Shown piece after piece: positions 56,916-64,000 of a DNA stretch of 64,000 nt. Below the pieces are notes generated by a model. The model had not been told where the DNA came from. It saw nothing but the letters and a program-made list of their open reading frames with translations, and ran no database searches. Every line of letters starts with the position of its first letter. The stretch's first letter is position 1. This DNA comes from Mustelus asterias (lineage: Eukaryota): positions 145,824,001-145,888,000 of the forward strand of contig NC_135805.1 in assembly GCF_964213995.1 (NCBI RefSeq), in the 5' to 3' direction. Made by a program: the position numbers and the translations under genes.

Positions 56916-59912
56916 ACTGTGGGCTTGGAGTTTCTGCACCTGCTGGTTTCTGGTTTAGGAGAACGTTTTCTCTTCTACACTTTTTAAATGTGGCCAGGTG
57001 AATGTGGGGCCCCTCTGTGTCTGTCAGTTTCCTTTATCTTACCATGGGTTCTGAACATTGTGCTTCTGTATGGGAATTGTGCTCTGCACAGTTAATTACT
57101 GCTGTGCAACTATTTGATATATATGTCATTGAGTTTGAGTTTTATTTTGAATGCACCATTCTCTGTAATATGAATATGGCTGATATTCTGCAAATAATGT
57201 GCTTGATTCGGAGCTGTGTGCTTTACTTTCACTGTGTCTCTGACATGAAAATGTTTCTGATAGGCAGATGTGTGGGTTCCATTCAGCATTTTTAACTATT
57301 GTGGTATGTAACTTCAATTGCATATTCTCTCTGTAAGTGTCACATACGTGTCCATGAATTTATCCTGTGTCCCTTAGTTAATACTAAGTGAATGAAATTG
57401 TTATCTTTTCCTGACAATCTATGATATGAGATTGTAGGATTTAACCTTTGCCTATCAAATTTTGGTGCAGGTATTGCTTTTACTTCATGTCTCTGTTGCA
57501 CCTGGTATGTCATTTTCTGTTTTACAGTGAACCTCTGATATGTGAGTGCAAGATACACTTTGTACCTTTCAATTTCTTATGTGAGCATTCACCTTTCTCA
57601 CCAGTCTCTCCCAGTCTGCTCTCTACCATAGGGTTGTAGGCATATGTTTATTTGTTATTTACTGTAGCTATCAATGTGTGCTTCCTGACTAAGATTACCT
57701 TTCTTACTTTGAGAAGCATGGTATTCCTGTTTGTATATTTACATTGTGCAAAAAGTGGTTTCATTCTACACCTCTTTGTCTGTGTTGTGGGTTTTGCATT
57801 GTGACTGCCTATCTATGTCATGGGAATCTGGGTTCAGTATGTATCCATCAATCTCTTCTGGCCCACTTAGCTTTCTACCTCGCAGTCTTGTGGGAAAGAA
57901 GAGTGACTTAGCTCCACAGTTCACCTTTGATCCACACAATACATGTGTTGGTTTTTGCAATGTGTGAGTTTTCTAAAATCTGTACATATCAAAGCTATTT
58001 TGGCAGAAGAGAATGTGTTTGTTTCTCTATCTGCCTTTTCTTAACATTGAATATAAATTCTGAACTGTTGTGTGAAACTTCAGTTCTGTGAAAGTGATTC
58101 CTTTCTGCATTTATTACTGATCAGATTATGATGTATAAATGTGATTTTCACACTTTTCCTGTCATTTTCTGGTAATTGAGTGCTCGGGTTTCATTGTCCC
58201 TGTGTATTTCTGGTGTTTAAGAGCCTTGTTTGTGCACGAGTGTTGTTCTCTCTCTCTCTCTCTGTCAGTTTCTGAATTATTCTGCATCACTGACTGATAT
58301 GTGGATTTGATATTAGTCAGCATGTCAGTCTTTTGCTATATGTTTAGCATGTAAATAACAATGAATCACTGGTTCTGTGGCAGATGAGCATGTTTTGACA
58401 CCTATTAATTAATCAATTTTGCATGCATGTCACCTTAATTCTGCATCTAATAGTAAATGTAACATTGTGCTCCATTAATATCTGTTTAACTGTTGTTGGT
58501 GTACAAACATTTGTCTCAGTATTAAATCTGTGAATGTTCGTGTTTATCAGCAATCATTAATCTATTTCATGGTGCTGTGGCTTTATTCTGTACCGATGAA
58601 ATTTTGAATAAAATATTTCTGTTTAACATTTCACACAAGAGCCTTGGCATAAAAATGCAACTGTGTGTTATGCAAGTGTGAGTGTTTTCCATTTTAATGC
58701 ACACTAATTGTTTCCAATACATTTTTTTTAAACAGCAGCCATTAATGTCTGCTCTGTCTCTAATATGTGTCTATGGGTTTTACATTGTCTGTCATTATGG
58801 GAACCAGGGTTTATTTTCCATCAGATTATCTTTCCAATGTGAGTGATGTTATTTTATTCTCTGTAGATGTCTGTAGATGTCAAAATCTGTTGAGCAGGTT
58901 CCAGTGTAACACATCTTATTTGCTGTGATCTGGTATTGTGACCAAAACTGAGAATAATGATCTGGTACATGATGTAGTACTGAAACAAAATGAACATTAT
59001 GGATAAATTTTGTGATCCTTGTAGTGGAGTTTAATGTGTTGCTTAGAGATGACTGGGTAGAATCTTTGGATTAAGTTTGTACATGTCACTAAGCTACCTG
59101 ATATTTCATTTGCAGCTGAAGGCCTATTCTTGTGAGATGATTGGACCACCTTTCAATGTGATTTGAGAAGATTCCTTCACCCAGAGGGTGGTGGGAATCT
59201 GGGATACACTGCATGGGAGGATAATAAGGATGGGAAAAGCTCAAACTTTAAAATATATGTGGATGAACACTTGACTGTCATAACGGTCAAGATTATGGGC
59301 CAAAGGATTCAATTTAACATTTTGCACAAGAGTAACTCCTGTAGATTTATTGTAGGTTTAGTTTACTTGGTCTGGACTCGATGGGCCAAAGAGTCTGTCT
59401 CCACTGTACTGACACTGACTCACCTGCCCAGTGATATTGAGCAGGAGTGAATTGGGGAAAGTTATTCCATCTGTCCTTTACTGTATGACTGGTGGATTGA
59501 ACATGTTTACCTAGAATTTTAGATCAATGAAATTCTGACAATTTTTGATCTCTGTACCAATGGATCTGATGTTCTGTCTATGCCTCTGCACTCTGGGATT
59601 AAAATTGTACCTATTGGCAGTTAGAATGAGACAGGGGAGATTATTCTTCTCTGATGGATCCGCACACTGGAAATTATTTCTCCAGATGTTCACCGAGAGG
59701 AAGGAAACATATATCTTGTAAGTCAAGCTCAGATGATGTCAAAGAAATAGTCAACGGCATATTTCAATAGATAATCAGTAAGAAATATGCGTTCTACAGA
59801 TCATAACCAACAATAAAAAATGTTTCTGATTCCACTAACCCACACACAGCCTTTATCCATCTGGCATGATTGGTGGTTTAACAACAATTGACAATATTTA
59901 GAATGTATCCAC

Positions 59913-60515
59913 AGGGATCTGGGTTCGATTTCCGGTTTAGGTCACTGTCGGTGCGGATTCTGCTCGTTCTCCCCGTGAGTCTGTGTGGGTTTCCTCTGGG
60001 TATTCCGGTTTCCTCCCACAGTGCAAATACGTGCTGGTTAGGGTGCATTGGCTATGCTAAATTCTCCCTCAGTGAACCCGAAAGGTGCTGGAGTGTGGCG
60101 GTTTTCACAGTAACTTCACTGCAGTGTTAATGTCAGCTTACTTGTGACAATAATAAATAAACTTTAAACCGGTACCATTCAGAGGATGTCACTACCCGGG
60201 GGGGACAGTGAGATTTCCTCAGATCGAGTAACAATTTCCCATTGCTCTCACCATTTACTGAAACCAACACGTTTCTTTCTCCTTTCTCAGCTGAATGAGC
60301 TGCTGCCTCCAATATATTTCCAGTCGTGTTTCCTCCCAGAATCGAAAGATTTGCGGGTTAAGTTGATTGACCATGCTAAATTGCCCCTGGGTGTCAGGGG
60401 GTTTAGAAGGCTAAATACATGGGATTACAGGAATAGGGCCTTGTTGGGATTGTTGTTGGTGCAGGCTCGATTGGCTGAATGGCCTCCTTCTGTACTGCAG
60501 GAATTTAACGATTCA
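59913..60515 (+). mobile_element. Two SINE fragments (about 59913-60168 and 60325-60515)
   Basis: V-domain and tails; absent in the unit 1 paralog. Confidence 0.7.
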
Positions 60516-60922
60516 ATTACAGGATTGTTCCCATCCTCACTGTCCCGCCTGTTTCCACCATTCACTGGACAATGCCAACAAACAAGCTGAAACAGCAGCT
60601 GAACCGGGGGATTATACATCACAGGTTTGAGCAGAGAAAAGCCCGATCATTTTCACTAGCAGCTTTTTCACCTTCTGGCTCCCTCAGCAGTGTCTCACAC
60701 AGTCCCAGGGACGCCTCTCCCTTCCCCCCGGCTCACTCCAATCCCGGAACAGGTTCCTGCTCCGCTCTGCCTCTTACAAACAGCTCCCGAATCTCCCTGA
60801 ACTTCCCCCGAGTCAGTGAGGATCTCTGAGCTCCTCTGTGTCCACACTCACCAATGGATGTGCTGCTGGGATGTGAACGCTGCTTCCTCGCTGACCTGGG
60901 CGCTGACATTTCCATTTCAGTC

Positions 60923-61432
60923 ATGATGTGGAGAGGGCCTTCGCGACACACGACAGCGCAGAGTCGCGGAGCAGAAACTGATAGCCAGGTTCCGCACACA
61001 CAAGGACGGCCTCAACCGGGATATTGGGTTTATGTCACACTATTTCACATAAATATTTCTGCTTTTTTCCTCCTGAGTCTTTATCATGCGATCCTAGAAT
61101 CAGAATTTATGTCACACTATTTGTAACTCCCACAGTTGCGTGGACCTGCAGAGTTTCACTGGCTGTCTTGTCTGGAGACAATACACATCTTTTTAGCCTG
61201 TCTTGATGCTCTCTCCACTCCCATTGTTTTGTTTCTTAAAGACTGGATTAGTTGTAAGTATTCGCATTCCAACCATTATTCATGTAAATTGAGTCTGTGT
61301 CTTATAAGTTCTGTTTGTGAACAGAATTCCCACTCACCTGAAGAAGGGGCTCAGAGCCTCGAAAGCTTGTGTGGCTTTTGCTACCAAATAAACCTGTTGG
61401 ACTTTAACCTGGTGTTGTTAAACTTCTTACTG
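60923..61432 (+). mobile_element. PLE 3' fragment (EN tail and pLTR, hammerhead at 61335-61371)
   Basis: 16-bp TSD ATTTCCATTTCAGTCA; empty site at about 26128-26143. Confidence 0.92.
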
Positions 61433-61704
61433 TATTTCCATTTCAGTCAGTTTCAAACAAAGGATTTCCGCTCACTGAGGAAATGGGCGGGGCCAGTGGA
61501 GGGAAGCGCGCATGCGTCAGGGCATCAGGGCTGCGAGCAGGGCAGCATCGCGCATGCGCGCCTCTCCACAATCATTCAGAGAACAAATGCAATTTGCTGA
61601 GTTATAATAAAGGCAAAAATACAGCGGATGCTGCAATCTGAAACCACAACAGAAAATGCTGCAAAATCTCAGCAGGTCTGACAGCATCTGTGGAGAGAGA
61701 ATAG

Positions 61705-61841
61705 ATGATGTGGAGATGCCGGTGTTGGAGTGGAGTAAATACAGTAAGAAGTCTCACAACACCAGGTTAAAGTCCAACAGGTTTATTTTGCTACCAACTA
61801 AACCTGTTGGACTTTAACCTGGTGTTGTGAGACTTCTTACT
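61705..61841. mobile_element. 137-bp PLE mini-palindrome
   Basis: Inverted termini only; TSD GAGAG(A/G)GAATAGA; empty site at about 26394-26406. Confidence 0.9.
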
Positions 61842-61897
61842 GAGAGGGAATAGAGCAAACGTTTCGAGTTTGGAAGACGAAGGCTCAAAACGTCGTC

Positions 61898-62247
61898 TTT
61901 GGAGAGGATGTTTCCACTAATCGGAAAAACTAGAACCAGAGGACACAACCTCAGACTAAAGGGACGATCCTTTAAAACAGAAATTCGTTTAAAACAGAGA
62001 TGAGGAGGAATTTCTTCAGGCAGAGAGTAGTGAATCTGTGGATCTATTTGCCGCAGAAAGCTGTGGAGGCCTGGTCATTGAGTGCCTTTAAGACAGAGAT
62101 AGGTTCTTGATTAATAAGGGGATCAGGGGTTATGGGGGGAAAAGCAGGAGAATGGGGATGAGAAAAATATCAGCCATGATTGAATGGCGGAGCATAGTCG
62201 ATGGGCAGAGTGGCCTCATTCTTCAACTATGTCTTCTGGTCTTATGG
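61898..62247 (+). mobile_element. CR1 3' end
   Basis: Same subfamily tail as 14722-15102 and 34862-35497. Confidence 0.85.
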
Positions 62248-62958
62248 AAACATTCGCTCTATTTTCTCTCCACAAATACTGTCAGACCTGCTGAGATTTT
62301 GCAGCATTTTCTGTTTCTGTTCCAGTTTGCTCAGTTCCCCTGTTCGATTTGCTCGCAGTTTGAGCAAAGGAAGCTGGGCTGTGGGGAACAGGCAGAGAAC
62401 GGTTCAAGGTGCTGGATAATCCCTGTCTGAAGTTCAAACTGAGATCATTCCCTCAGCGTCTTTGCTGTTCATCAGCACATCCTCACCAATACATCCTCAC
62501 CGCGAATCGGTGTGTTTGCTGTGATATCGCAGGAGTTAATATCTGATCAGAACAATCCCAGATTAATTTAATCAGATTGAAAATGTCGGACACGAAGCAC
62601 CTATCGAACTATTTGAGTCGAAATGTTCTTGCAGATAGGATTGTATTGAGGCGGGAATAGTACTGAGAAATCTGGATTGAATAAATCCAGAAAATAGCTT
62701 GTATCTGATATTCCAGTTTGTCCGTTTTGTTCCGCGCGCTTTTTTCACTTCTGTTTGAATTTGAATCCAAAATGTCGGTTCGAGCCGGCAGGAGGAGGAG
62801 CTGGATGGTGAAAGACATTTCACTGCTCTGTCTGTCTCTCAGTCTCCTCCCCGCCCCGCCTCTCTCTCTCTCTCTCTCTTTCTCAGTCAGGTCGGGGCGA
62901 GCTGTATAATAAAGGAAGCTGCAGCAGCTCCTCTCTCATTCAGCAGCGATTTGACTGA

Positions 62959-63279
<321 letters not shown>

Positions 63280-64000
63280 ACAAATCCACCCAATTCTCAC
63301 AAAACCCAAAGGCTCTTTTCAGAGCCGCCTACATCCTCACATTGAGAGCACTGACTTTGGTGCAGGAGCGGTGAATTTTAACGTTTGTGATTCATCATCG
63401 ATTGTATGATCATATTTTAAATTTTAGGACATGAGCTATTCCGCTCTTGCCATGTGTCTTCCGTTACACAACAGATTCGTCTTCGCTTGCTTTACCGTAC
63501 ATTGTAACCATCAGGAACCGGACCATTCCGCATTCACCCTAACGTGTCTGTCCTGTTACTACCTGAGCATTTTTGCCGCCTCTTTCAGAGAAATGTCTGA
63601 TTCAATGAACATCTGGTAAAAAGACACATACTGCCTGTGGGTCTGAAAAAATAATGGACATATTGTTTCGTCGTTGCTTCAATTTCCTGTTAATCATTTA
63701 TTACCATTACAGTTTGTTTTAAGCTGATGTATCTATATTTCATTCCTTCAATCGGTCTGTAGCAATTCATCTCCCTTCAATCGTCTAAAAATTGTTTTCA
63801 AATCATTCTTAGAATGCACAGAATGAGTGCTGTGCAGAAATAAGTCTTTCATGAAGTTTATTTGTGACACTCCGTTTTCCGCATTCCATTCTCCGAAAGA
63901 GCATCTTGCCCTTGTAGAACTGCCCTGCACGCAACATAATGCGGATTTCCCAAAGCTCAGGGATGCTTGTGTTCTGCACTCTGATCAGGTGTAGCTTTTT

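Overview
This is eukaryotic, vertebrate DNA: a replication-dependent histone gene cluster from a cartilaginous fish (HE1/V-SINE-type SINEs and CR1/HER1-type LINEs point to a shark or ray). It holds about 2.3 copies of a large, degenerating tandem unit: H4(+), H3(+), H2A(-), H2B(-), then a 15-22 kb spacer. Unit 1 spans about 1-27.3 kb, a rearranged block with a 5'-truncated H1 spans 27.3-37.3 kb, unit 2 spans about 37.6-62.6 kb (H2A and H2B pseudogenised) and a third H4 lies at 63 kb. All histone genes end in stem-loop/HDE signals. The window is dense with CR1 LINEs and SINEs and contains one deleted ERV and about 10 insertions of one Neptune-type Penelope-like element (PLE) family. Highlights: (1) the PLE termini carry minimal hammerhead ribozymes in three covarying versions and form TSD-flanked mini-palindromes, and PLE insertions hit H2A, H2B and a promoter-proximal exon; (2) each unit has a candidate non-histone, minus-strand spliced transcription unit (NRF1/Sp1 promoter, conserved splice sites) whose 5' end is as homogenised as the histone genes; (3) several template-switch rearrangements, including an orphan inverted H4 fragment fused to a PLE end. 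Repeat boundaries were read by eye and are approximate, and no database search was run.
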